A DNA stretch of 64,000 bases, taken from the NCBI GenBank assembly GCA_964447075.1, contig CAYUQY010000003.1, positions 7,463 to 71,462 of the forward strand, read 5' to 3'. Shown piece by piece: positions 17,238 to 26,604 of the stretch. The position numbers and the translations under genes are program-made. Each line of letters starts with the position of its first letter. Within the stretch, counting starts at the first letter, position 1. Under the pieces are notes generated by a model that was not told the origin of the DNA, ran no database searches, and worked only from the letters and a program-made list of their open reading frames with translations. This DNA comes from an uncultured Pseudomonadales bacterium (GTDB lineage Bacteria; Patescibacteriota; Microgenomatia; UBA1400; PJMF01).

Positions 17238-17922
17238 GACGAGTATCTCAAGGCCAGAACATCTCAAAACGCAAAAAAAAGATTCTAAAAACAAAGTAAA
17301 ACTAAAGAACTAGACTGATACTGCCCTGATTGAGCCATTTACTCAGGACAAAAACTACTCAATATAGCTTCCAACAGTACATATAATATAATAGTTATGA
17401 GACTTTGCAATACTTAGTCACAGTTTCTTGCTTTCAACCTTTGGGTTTTGAGGCCACATCCCAAAATGAGTGAAACAATGTGGATAAGTACTGCAACCAA
17501 GTTGCAAGTTACTTACAAGTTATAAGCTCACAAGCTGAGCTTAAGTGAAAAATTAGATTAAAACTAGAGATTTACGATTGTGAATAAAAAGTCTGGGAGT
17601 TTATTTGTCTTTAGTTCGTATTTTTAACTCAAAAAGTAATTTAAATAAAAACTAGAAAGAATGCTATTAATCAATAAATACTTAACCTTACAACCCATTT
17701 ATCAATCTGACTGTAACTCTGATAATTGGTAAAGTTGCAGTGAAAGTTACTTGAGAAAGAGTCCTATATTATGGGAAAATATGACCAACTTCTATAAGTG
17801 CTTAATAGGCCTGGTAATGTCTTTCATCGATAGGTTAAACAAACTCTAAAACTGCAAAAATACTCGCTAAAATCACAACTAAATTTTTTTCCCAAAATAC
17901 TAGTTTTTATGAGTAAGGCAAA

Positions 17923-18702
17923 CTAAAACCGAATGCCTGAGGCCTTAAAGTTTCTATGAAGATCCATCAAAAAGGCTGATGTGAGTAGTTTCTTTTCCGC
18001 TATGTTTGAGGCCACTAGTGTGGATGAGCACAAAAGGCGCTCCTTGGTCATGCTCAAACAGTAGAACGAGCCTTGATTGCTCACAGTTTGTTTGGAGCTT
18101 GAGCCTGCAGATCTGACCCAAACATTTTGTGCTAACTTCGCTACCTGCTCCAGATCATTTTCACTACTGATATCGTAAATTATCTCAAAGCTGATTTCAG
18201 GTACCGGATGTGAGAAGTTGGTAAAAATACTACTGGTAAGCTGAGAGTTGGGGATGATGGTTGTATTCTGTTCCTCATTCTTGAGTGATGTATGTCTCCA
18301 GGAGATGTTGGAGACACTACCTACTTGACCTGAAGGAAGCTGGATGACATCTCCAAGGTGGATCAGGCGCCCAGCTAAGAGATGAAAACCAGCAAATAGG
18401 TTACTTAGAGAGTCTTGCAGGCCTAGAGCTACAGCAAAGCCACTCACTCCTATGGCTGTCAGGATGGGTGAGATCGAGACTCCCAGCATATCGAGTGAAG
18501 TAACTCCGGCAACACCGATAATTAGAAGTCTAAGTACATTGTTAAATAGGGCTAAAGTATTCTTATTGTACAAACTATTACGTCCAATCAGACGGAGCCC
18601 TATTTTGCCTATTTGTAGTGAGGCAAGAGTGAGCACAAAAAGGCCAATAAAACGCGGTAGCGAAAAGAGCATCGGGTTAATTGAGTCAAAAATGTTTTGC
18701 AT
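17923..18702 (-). CDS. mechanosensitive ion channel, MscS family
   Basis: Three TM helices followed by an MscS beta-domain (LSNLFAGFHLLAGRLIHLGDVIQL..GQVGSVSNISWRHTSL). Confidence 0.8.
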   Translation of the reverse strand: MQNIFDSINPMLFSLPRFIGLFVLTLASLQIGKIGLRLIGRNSLYNKNTLALFNNVLRLLIIGVAGVTSLDMLGVSISPILTAIGVSGFAVALGLQDSLSNLFAGFHLLAGRLIHLGDVIQLPSGQVGSVSNISWRHTSLKNEEQNTTIIPNSQLTSSIFTNFSHPVPEISFEIIYDISSENDLEQVAKLAQNVWVRSAGSSSKQTVSNQGSFYCLSMTKERLLCSSTLVASNIAEKKLLTSAFLMDLHRNFKASGIRF

Positions 18703-18783
18703 GACTGGAGTTTAACAGATTTGAGAGAGGGAGGTATAATAGTCCTAGAAAATATCCTCAGAAATATAAAGGATAGGCAAGCT

Positions 18784-19224
18784 ATGCATCAGAACTCCAA
18801 AAAAGTGACCAGGAAAGACAAAGTTATTAAAAATACTATGCCAACTAGCGTGAGCAGTGTTCAGAGTCTTCAAGTTTCTAAAAAAAATCCTAGGGATGAC
18901 CCAAATAGATCTCGGTCTCTTAAAGAATATATCGAGATGATCCGAGAGATAGATAAAGATACGCCTAGAGAAAAAGAGTATGGCAGCATCTTGATTTTGC
19001 AGTTAGTTGAGGAAATAGGTGAGATCTCTCGAGCCTACTTAGCAGAGCATGGTCGCAAGCCCACCAATGTACTAGCTCAGCGAGATGAGACTTATAAGCA
19101 AGAGCTGGGCGACTTAATAGTCTCGATCTTGCGCTTGGCAATCGATAAAAACATCAATCTCGACCACAGGGTTCTCTATACACTCAAGAAAATTAAACGT
19201 CGTAAGCTAAAGCCGAAGGAATAG
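18784..19224 (+). CDS. MazG-like nucleotide pyrophosphohydrolase domain protein
   Basis: LVEEIGEISRAY...ELGDLIVSILRLA resembles the MazG EExxE/D helical motifs. Start uncertain: the track start is TTG and overlaps mscS, so ATG 18784 is used. Confidence 0.45.
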   Translation: MHQNSKKVTRKDKVIKNTMPTSVSSVQSLQVSKKNPRDDPNRSRSLKEYIEMIREIDKDTPREKEYGSILILQLVEEIGEISRAYLAEHGRKPTNVLAQRDETYKQELGDLIVSILRLAIDKNINLDHRVLYTLKKIKRRKLKPKE

Positions 19225-19245
19225 GTAACTACCTAGAAGTTAACT

Positions 19246-20298
19246 ATGAGCACTTGGCAAATTCTTAAAAAACACCCAGGGAACTGGCAAAAATTTTGGC
19301 TTCGAGAGCAAGTACTCGATGGCGTTCGCGCCTACTTCAAAAGTGTTGGTTTTCACGAAGTAGAGACTCCTGAGCTGGTCTACACCCCAAGTACAGAGCC
19401 ATTCTTAGAAGTATTCGAGACATCTCTTTTGATAGGAGAAGAGACTCCAAGGAGAGCTTTCCTGATCTCAAGTCCAGAGTATGCCATGAAAAAGTTAGTT
19501 GCTGCTGGATCTGGTAGTATTTTTCAAATCTGCAAAAGTTTTCGCAATGGGGAGGGGAGAAGTCCAAGGCATAATGGTGAGTTTTCTATTCTCGAGTGGT
19601 ATCACGTCGAGGCCACGTATCTAGACGTGCTGACAGACTTTGAGTCGATGGTCAAGGAAATATTTCATCGAGTTCATCCAGAGACGGTTACAACTCACCA
19701 GTACAAGCTGAGCTATCAAGGCAAGAACTATAACTTGAGCTCACCTTGGGAAAAAATTACGGTAGCTGAAGCTTTTAGACGCTTTGTGGGCATAGATGTC
19801 GAGACGCTGCTGTCTGAGACCAAGTTGTTGGAAGTAGGACGTCAGAAAGGCTACCAAATTACTTCAGACACAACTTGGGAACAAGTTTTTCACCAGCTGC
19901 TTATGAACGAGATAGAGCCATTCTTAGGCATGGTGGTTCCTACAGTCTTGATGGACTATCCGGCAGTTTTGTGTCCTCTGTGTCAGACCACACCTGATGA
20001 CGAACGTTTCGCACAGAGATTTGAAGTGTATCTGGCTGGACTAGAGTTGGGAAATGCTTTTGGAGAGCTGACCGATCCTGTCAAGCAGAAAGCGAACTGT
20101 TTGGCTGATCTAGCGGAGCGCCGCAAGCTAGGCAAGACAGAGTATCCTCTTGATGAGGAGTTCATCGCAGCCCTAGAGTCAGGTATGCCGACCACCTCAG
20201 GAATCGCTGTTGGGCTAGATAGAGTGGTGATGCTTTTTGCCGATGCTGCTAGCCTTCAAGAAGTGATGTTTTTCCCGCATGAGGAGATGTTTGGGTGA
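19246..20298 (+). CDS. epmA: EF-P--(R)-beta-lysine ligase (class II LysRS paralog, EpmA/PoxA/GenX)
   Basis: About 350 aa with class II aaRS catalytic core motifs (FRNGEGRSPRHNGEFSILEWY; GLDRVVMLF) and no anticodon-binding domain. efp is nearby. Confidence 0.7.
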   Translation: MSTWQILKKHPGNWQKFWLREQVLDGVRAYFKSVGFHEVETPELVYTPSTEPFLEVFETSLLIGEETPRRAFLISSPEYAMKKLVAAGSGSIFQICKSFRNGEGRSPRHNGEFSILEWYHVEATYLDVLTDFESMVKEIFHRVHPETVTTHQYKLSYQGKNYNLSSPWEKITVAEAFRRFVGIDVETLLSETKLLEVGRQKGYQITSDTTWEQVFHQLLMNEIEPFLGMVVPTVLMDYPAVLCPLCQTTPDDERFAQRFEVYLAGLELGNAFGELTDPVKQKANCLADLAERRKLGKTEYPLDEEFIAALESGMPTTSGIAVGLDRVVMLFADAASLQEVMFFPHEEMFG

Positions 20299-20526
20299 GG
20301 TGATGGAGTAGGGCCGGCATTATTTACAGTTATTTAAGTTTAGATTCAGTCATTATTAACATAAGTGAAGTCTTGTTGTGTTGACAGACATAGAAAAGGC
20401 AGGGGTCTGGAGTTTATTTAAGTTTATGCAAACATCGTTACACAGTTGAGCCAACTAGGTATCGTAATAATGGTACTAATATGCCAAACAGAGATGCACA
20501 GACACCCGAGTTAGAGGCTTTCTTTC

Positions 20527-20871
20527 GTGTCTCATCAGCCGCAACAACTCCACACAGTGCATGCGGGTTCTAAAGCTCAAACAGAACAAATCGTGAGAGA
20601 AGTGGCTACCAGTGTAGTAGCTCCGTTGCTTGAGCCACCGATAATCATGGATGAGGTTCTATATGCACCAAATATAGTTGGTAGATTTGTAGGAAATGGC
20701 CAGAAATTTATGAAAAAAGTTGCTTTCAATGGCATCACACTTCTGCGAAATACAGAGCAGTTTGGACAGGAATCAGCTTTTAAACTAGCAAATCAGGCTT
20801 TATCGCAACTATATGGAGAGTATTACGGAGGAGGGATTAGATACTTCCAGCCAGTACGCACCAAGAAATGA
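20527..20871 (+). CDS. hypothetical protein
   Basis: 114-aa ORF if GTG-initiated, or 74 aa from ATG 20647. No recognisable domain. Lies in the epmA-efp insertion. Confidence 0.3.
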   Translation: MSHQPQQLHTVHAGSKAQTEQIVREVATSVVAPLLEPPIIMDEVLYAPNIVGRFVGNGQKFMKKVAFNGITLLRNTEQFGQESAFKLANQALSQLYGEYYGGGIRYFQPVRTKK

Positions 20872-20876
20872 TTGGT

Positions 20877-21608
20877 TTAGAGGTCAATCTCATAACTAAT
20901 GTTCGAACTATTCCAGACATGCACACTACAATTTTCCTTTTTGGTAGAAACCACTAACGCTGGGAAGTCCTTGGTTGCCGTAAACCTCACTTGAAGATTA
21001 TCGGCAAAATTGAGCTCTACACCGTCTGGAGTGAGCTGATATGTGAGCAAGATTGGGCGATCCTTTTCCACTTGTCCTAGGAAGTCGTCAATTTGATCAT
21101 ATGCAAAAGAGTTGGATTCTATGAGGGACGGAGGCCTTTGGCAATTTTCCTCAAGACTTCTATCACTTCTTCGTCGTGCTATCCAACTGCCATAGGAGTA
21201 AAAGGACAACCCATTCTCAAGGCGCATCTGCACAATAGTGCCATAGGCACGAAAAGCTCGATTTACCAGCTGTTGCAGGAGTGATTCTAAGTGAATCTTG
21301 GCCTGATTTGGGGATATAGGCGATCTTTTGGTTAGTTGAACAGCTACATTATAGCGACTAAAGCAGTGAGCTATATCTGATAGCCTCTTCCCGCGTTGTC
21401 CGCTGAGATATTTTGCTAGTTGCTGCTCACAGTACTCGGCTCGTTCTGGAAGGTATGAGTAGAGCTCAAAGTCACCCTGTGGTGTTTTTATCAGGTGACG
21501 CCAGATATCTTTGCCGATTGAGGCAAAGGCAGTGGTATCGGTGATAGAACCTATGCCCCAATGGTCCATAATACGCTGGAAGGAGTCGTGACTATAAATA
21601 GAGCTCAT
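20877..21608 (-). CDS. hypothetical protein (unknown function; candidate defense-island gene)
   Basis: 243-aa ATG-initiated ORF with no family recognised by eye. Divergently oriented from the AbiEi gene. Confidence 0.5.
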   Translation of the reverse strand: MSSIYSHDSFQRIMDHWGIGSITDTTAFASIGKDIWRHLIKTPQGDFELYSYLPERAEYCEQQLAKYLSGQRGKRLSDIAHCFSRYNVAVQLTKRSPISPNQAKIHLESLLQQLVNRAFRAYGTIVQMRLENGLSFYSYGSWIARRRSDRSLEENCQRPPSLIESNSFAYDQIDDFLGQVEKDRPILLTYQLTPDGVELNFADNLQVRFTATKDFPALVVSTKKENCSVHVWNSSNISYEIDL

Positions 21609-21864
21609 TGGCGTTATTTTAACAGTTGTTAGTTATTTTCGGTTTTTCACTTCTTTGCAAGTCTCCTTATTGTTGGCTTTCTATCAATTCCTACCTTTCG
21701 TAATTACCTTTATCACATGCATCTGTAAGTCACTTGGCATGGGGCATAGTTCAAATGATCGGTTGTGGTCAGTCAGTAAAGGTCAGCCAGTACAACAATT
21801 GCAAATTCCCCTAAACTATTGTAATGTATACTGGAAGTAACGTTTATAGTTACCTCCAGTTGAA

Positions 21865-22476
21865 ATGCATCAAACTAAAGACACCATCATCTTAGCTCTC
21901 TACAAACGACCAGAGACGGTCTTCTCTTTGCAAGAAATAGCCCTGCTGTTCCCGGAGGTTCCCTACAATAACTTAAAAATGCGTATGTCATACTTTTCCA
22001 GCTCTGGTTCAATTCAGAAGTTAGCTAGAGGTATATATGCTAAAACTAATTACGACGTGTTGGAGTTAGCCAATAAACTATATGTTCCCTCGTATATCAG
22101 CTTTGAAACTGTTTTACAAAAGGCTGGTGTGACCTTCCAATATTATCAAACCATTTTTGCTGCCTCGTACTTGACTCGCACAGTGCAGGTTGGTAGCCAT
22201 ACTATCGAATACAAAAGACTAAAAAAAGCCATTTTGTTTAATAAGCAGGGTATCGAGCAGCAGGGGAATGTCATGATTGCTTCACCTGAGCGGTCTTTCT
22301 TAGATATGGTTTTTTTGTATAAGAATTATCATTTTGACAACTTGAGCGTACTTAATTGGGACAAAGTTATGGAGTTAAAAAGTGTCTATCAAGGTCAGGC
22401 TTTTTCCAATCGAGTGGAAGAATATTACCAAATGTATAAAGAGGAGTTAGTAAACTCCTCAAGTACGACGACATAG
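21865..22476 (+). CDS. type IV toxin-antitoxin / abortive-infection antitoxin, AbiEi family
   Basis: ARGIYAK motif. PSYISFETVLQKAGV and MIASPERSFLDMV match AbiEi_4 conserved blocks (P.YISlesAL..hG; A.PEkAllD). Immediately upstream of AbiEii with a 5-bp gap. Confidence 0.65.
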   Translation: MHQTKDTIILALYKRPETVFSLQEIALLFPEVPYNNLKMRMSYFSSSGSIQKLARGIYAKTNYDVLELANKLYVPSYISFETVLQKAGVTFQYYQTIFAASYLTRTVQVGSHTIEYKRLKKAILFNKQGIEQQGNVMIASPERSFLDMVFLYKNYHFDNLSVLNWDKVMELKSVYQGQAFSNRVEEYYQMYKEELVNSSSTTT

Positions 22477-22481
22477 GAACT

Positions 22482-23177
22482 ATGCTTAATAGCCAACACA
22501 CAGTGATTTTGATTGAAATCTTGAAGGATATCTACTCTGATCCTGAGCTGCGAACAATTTTAGGGTTTAAAGGTGGCACTGCTGCGATGCTTTTTTATGA
22601 CCTACCTCGTTTGTCAGTAGATCTGGATTTTGACTTGCTAGATAGTGAGAAAAAAGCCGTGGTCCTGCAGAAAATGAAAATCATTTTAGAGCAGCACGCA
22701 GTGATACGACAGGCGTTAGAAAAACGATATACGCTATTTTTCCTGATCAGTTATGAAAAGGGAGAACACACTATCAAAGTTGAGATCTCAAAGCGCCCCA
22801 CTATCAGTGGCTTTCAGGCTAAGAGTTACTTGGGTATTCCCATGTTGGTGATGCGGCAAGAGGACATGGTGGCTAATAAACTAGCAGCCTTTTTGACCAG
22901 GAAAAAAACTGCAATGCGTGATGTTTTTGATCTTTGGTTTTTTCTCAAAAATAAATGGTCTATTAACCCAGCTGTAGTAGCTGAAAAGACCAACATGTCT
23001 CTGTCTCAAAGTTTGGAGCAAGCCAAACAAGATGTCAGTAACTTGAAAAAGTCTCATTTTTTGCAAGGCTTAGGAGAACTACTAGATGAAAAGCAAAAAG
23101 ATTGGGTACGGAGCAAGTTGGCAGAAGAGGTGACATTTTATTTACAGTTGTACAGGGAAGTTGAAAAGAAACCTTGA
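22482..23177 (+). CDS. nucleotidyltransferase toxin, AbiEii/AbiGii (DUF1814) family
   Basis: FKGGTAAMLFYDLPRLSVDLDFD matches the KGGTAL..R.SEDLDF signature of AbiEii nucleotidyltransferases. Confidence 0.7.
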   Translation: MLNSQHTVILIEILKDIYSDPELRTILGFKGGTAAMLFYDLPRLSVDLDFDLLDSEKKAVVLQKMKIILEQHAVIRQALEKRYTLFFLISYEKGEHTIKVEISKRPTISGFQAKSYLGIPMLVMRQEDMVANKLAAFLTRKKTAMRDVFDLWFFLKNKWSINPAVVAEKTNMSLSQSLEQAKQDVSNLKKSHFLQGLGELLDEKQKDWVRSKLAEEVTFYLQLYREVEKKP

Positions 23178-23316
23178 TAGGAAAGGGTCGTAATTTTCCC
23201 AAAACACCTGATCGATGTTAACTTTAATAAAGCGCGGATTTGCCCTTTCACCTCTTGAGGATTACAATAGCCGTTCGCAAAAGTAGTTGTTTGATAGTTT
23301 TTGAAAGGATTACAGC

Positions 23317-23880
23317 ATGGCAATGATCAAAGGTGGAAACATCAAAAAAGGTAACTTTATTTTATTTAAAAATGAACCATGGCAAGTCGTGAAGACTGAG
23401 TTCGTTAGTCCAGGAAAAGGCTCAGCGTTCACACGTGCCAAGCTAAAAAGTGTGCGCACAGCTACCACTCAGGAGTTTACCTTCAAGTCAGTCGAGCCGA
23501 TTGAAGAGTTGGATGTGACCACACGCGAGATGCAGTTTTTGTACAGAGATGGAGCGGACGTGACTTTTATGGAGCCTCGCTCCTTTGAGCAAGTAGTAGT
23601 ACCTCTAGCCATACTTGATGAAAAAGAAGGCTATCTGACTCCAGAGCTAACAATGTATATATTGTTTTACAACGACAAAGCTATCGGAGTGCGCTTCCCA
23701 CCTACGGTGAAGCTTAAAGTGAGCTACACAGAAGATGCTACGGCTGGCAATAGAGTCAATGCTCCCAAGAAGCCAGTCACGCTCGAGACAGGACTGATCG
23801 TTCAGGCGCCACTTTTTGTCAAGGTAGGTGAGACAATCGCGATCGACACTGTGACGGGTGAGTATATCTCGAGAGCTTAA
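23317..23880 (+). CDS. efp: elongation factor P
   Basis: Full-length EF-P. Conserved loop SPGKGSAF carries the modifiable Lys. AAAGGA RBS upstream. Confidence 0.9.
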   Translation: MAMIKGGNIKKGNFILFKNEPWQVVKTEFVSPGKGSAFTRAKLKSVRTATTQEFTFKSVEPIEELDVTTREMQFLYRDGADVTFMEPRSFEQVVVPLAILDEKEGYLTPELTMYILFYNDKAIGVRFPPTVKLKVSYTEDATAGNRVNAPKKPVTLETGLIVQAPLFVKVGETIAIDTVTGEYISRA

Positions 23881-24569
23881 GATGGCCACATAACTGGGTT
23901 GTGCCAACTTAGTAATAACATAGAGATGAACTGTATGACTGGTGAGACGAGAGCAGAGATTGGTGAGACGCCACCACCCCATGGGTATATTAAGGCGATC
24001 AAGACGAAGAAACCAAACCTTTCCATGAAAGATTGATAGGCGAGTGACTGCTCCTTAGGCAAGAGTGCCACGATGATCTTGCTGCCATCGAGAGGATAAA
24101 CAGGCACTAGATTAAAGACGGCTAGTGTCACATTGATCAAGATGCCTAAGGTCACAAACATGCCTAAGGTCACTAACATTTGAACTGGAAAGGGTAGAGC
24201 TGGTGAGACAAAGAATAGAGCTGCTGCTAAGACAGTGAAGGCTACAGCCATTATGATGTTGACTACCGGGCCAGCCAAGGCCACTAGAGCTGAATCCTTA
24301 ACAGGATTCTTGAAGTTGTAAGGATCTATCTGGACAGGTTTGCCCCAACCAAAGTTAGTTAGCAACATGGCGAGAGTTCCGATAGGATCAAGGTGTTTGA
24401 GTGGATTGAGCGAGATTCTGCCTTGAAGCCTAGGCGTGGGATCACCCAAACGGTCTGCAACCCAGGCGTGGGCAAACTCATGAACGGTAAGAGCCAAGAT
24501 CAAAACAGTAGTGCGGATGATGAAGTACTCTGGCGAGGTGAAGAGATCAAGCATAAATGTAGAGTTCAA
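23877..24569 (-). CDS. site-2 protease family zinc metalloprotease (peptidase M50)
   Basis: HEFAHA (HExxH) in a TM helix and a downstream LDG motif (VYPLDGSKI). Multi-pass membrane protein. Confidence 0.75.
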   Translation of the reverse strand: MNSTFMLDLFTSPEYFIIRTTVLILALTVHEFAHAWVADRLGDPTPRLQGRISLNPLKHLDPIGTLAMLLTNFGWGKPVQIDPYNFKNPVKDSALVALAGPVVNIIMAVAFTVLAAALFFVSPALPFPVQMLVTLGMFVTLGILINVTLAVFNLVPVYPLDGSKIIVALLPKEQSLAYQSFMERFGFFVLIALIYPWGGGVSPISALVSPVIQFISMLLLSWHNPVMWPS

Positions 24570-24672
24570 GTATAGTTACTCCAACGGCGATAGTTGGTCA
24601 AAGTTTCTTCATCGTCAGATATTGCTCTACATTATACCCTCATGATACAATCCCACACCTAGGAGATCAGAT

Positions 24673-24888
24673 ATGTCATTTGCCATGAAGTTCCCAAGAG
24701 TTGCAAGTATAGGTAATCGTGTTTCCCACGCCAAGAATCGCAGTAAGCGCGCCTTCAAGTACAATCTACACACCGTCACCATCATTGTAGATGGAGCCAA
24801 GAAGCGTTTGAGAGTTCCAACCAAGATGTTGCGCATGATGAAAAAGTCTGGGATCACAACTCACTACAAGAAGCCAGTAGTAGCTTAA
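24673..24888 (+). CDS. rpmB: 50S ribosomal protein L28
   Basis: 71 aa. ...NRSHAKNRSKRAFKYNLH... is typical of L28. AGGAGAT RBS upstream. Confidence 0.75.
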   Translation: MSFAMKFPRVASIGNRVSHAKNRSKRAFKYNLHTVTIIVDGAKKRLRVPTKMLRMMKKSGITTHYKKPVVA

Positions 24889-24938
24889 GCTAGGGACAGA
24901 GATCTAATTGGGTTTAAGTTCTTACCTCCAAGTCGTAT

Positions 24939-25952
24939 CTAGGTGCCTAGTAGAGTTGATTTTTGAGACGGAGTCTTACCTTCTTCCTGAACCAGATCTA
25001 AAACAATTTTTCTAGAGTCTTTATCTAGGTGAGATTTAAGTAGTTTAAGGCGTTTGTCACCTAGGACTGTCCAGACACCAGGCCATGGCGATAAGCCGTG
25101 GATAGTTCGATTAAGCAGTATTGGCTGATCACCAGGATTGGAGAGCTCCAAAATACTCATGAGTAGAGGAGCTGAACATGCGAAGCTTGAGTGATCACTG
25201 CTGGACTTGGGCGCACACAACTCAAGTGTTTCTTTGGTCAGATGATTAAAATCAAACTCAGCTTTGAGAACCTGTTGGAGAGTGTTGGGCTCTATGAAGC
25301 CGTCCTCTCTAGTTAACTTTCTAGCTAGGGGAGTGGGCAGTTGAGGTGTTGCAGAATCAACAAATTGAGATTTTGGTAAAAGTTGAGCTTGGGCAATACT
25401 CTCAATCAGATCTGCCAACTTAGGCGCTATCAGCTCAAAACTTGTCTTGTAGTACTCTAGACTACTCCAGCTTGCTTGTACATCAAACCCAAGCTGTGCA
25501 TATGTGTCACCAGCATCCATTTCTTTGGCTAGCATTATCAGTGAGACTCCAGATTTATTTTCACCATTTATGATTACAAACTGCCCTGGTGAGCTACCAC
25601 GCCATCTAGGTAGTTGTGAAGGATGGATGTTGAGGGGTGCTATTTTGGGTAGTTTGATGAGCCAGTCAGGGATGTAGTAGCCGAAGTCGACTACAAGCAG
25701 AAAATCTGGCAAGACTGATGGAAGTTGCGATTTTATTTCTTTATCAATTTTTTGTGAAACTAGGATTGTTTTGATTTTGTGTTGTGTAGTCCAAGAGTGG
25801 AGTGGGTTCTCGACGATTACTTGAGAGCGTCCTTGATGTTTGGGTGAGGGCGTCAATACCCACGCAATCTTAAACCTAGTGTCCTCTGCAATCATTTCTG
25901 CGCAGAGTAAAGTATGAGTGGTAGATCCAGCTATGGCGACTGTGTACGGCAT
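24939..25952 (-). CDS. fmt: methionyl-tRNA formyltransferase
   Basis: Formyltransferase core with NIHPSQLPRWRGSSP (SLLPxxRG motif). Directly downstream of def. Confidence 0.8.
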   Translation of the reverse strand: MPYTVAIAGSTTHTLLCAEMIAEDTRFKIAWVLTPSPKHQGRSQVIVENPLHSWTTQHKIKTILVSQKIDKEIKSQLPSVLPDFLLVVDFGYYIPDWLIKLPKIAPLNIHPSQLPRWRGSSPGQFVIINGENKSGVSLIMLAKEMDAGDTYAQLGFDVQASWSSLEYYKTSFELIAPKLADLIESIAQAQLLPKSQFVDSATPQLPTPLARKLTREDGFIEPNTLQQVLKAEFDFNHLTKETLELCAPKSSSDHSSFACSAPLLMSILELSNPGDQPILLNRTIHGLSPWPGVWTVLGDKRLKLLKSHLDKDSRKIVLDLVQEEGKTPSQKSTLLGT

Positions 25953-26010
25953 TTTTACTTTTCAATTAAAACTGTGCTTTCTAATTCTTAGTTTAGCTCT
26001 AGGTTTAATC

Positions 26011-26604
26011 TTAAGGATTATTTGAGTGTGTCACTAGAGCTTGAAGCATCTCGGAGGAAAGCTCATGGAGAGAGTCATCTCTACCCTTACCTTGATAGAC
26101 AGGAAGTTTATCTCTAAGACAGTGGTCGATAAAAAGCACCCCATCAAGGTGGTCTAGCTCATGTTGGACCACTCTAGCAGCAAACTCAGAAAATGTTTCT
26201 GAAGTAGAGCTAAGGCGTCCATCGATAATTTGATCAAACCCAAGAGTGACTTCCTCCCAACGCCAGACAGGTCCAAAAATACTTGGTATAGATAGGCAGC
26301 CTTCCAAGAAGGGCTCGTCTGGGAGGCCACCTAGAGTTTTACTCTGTGAGTGAGACACAACTACAGGATTGATGAAGAGCTTGGGGGGATGTTGTTTGTT
26401 TTTATCATCTGGAACTCTAGTAGCAAAAAGACGAATTCTGTTGTCTATTTGAGGAGAAGCTAGCCCAACTCCTTTGGGATTGCGAGCTTTGAGTAATGTC
26501 TGAACTAAGTCTTCTAGACAGTCGGTGAGTTTTCGATCAACTACATGAATAGTTTTGGCAACTGTACGAAGTGAAGGATGGGGGATGGTAAGTATGTTAG
26601 ACAT
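26011..26604 (-). CDS. def: peptide deformylase
   Basis: All three PDF motifs are present: GVGLASPQI, EGCLSIP and QHELDHLDG. Confidence 0.85.
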   Translation of the reverse strand: MSNILTIPHPSLRTVAKTIHVVDRKLTDCLEDLVQTLLKARNPKGVGLASPQIDNRIRLFATRVPDDKNKQHPPKLFINPVVVSHSQSKTLGGLPDEPFLEGCLSIPSIFGPVWRWEEVTLGFDQIIDGRLSSTSETFSEFAARVVQHELDHLDGVLFIDHCLRDKLPVYQGKGRDDSLHELSSEMLQALVTHSNNP

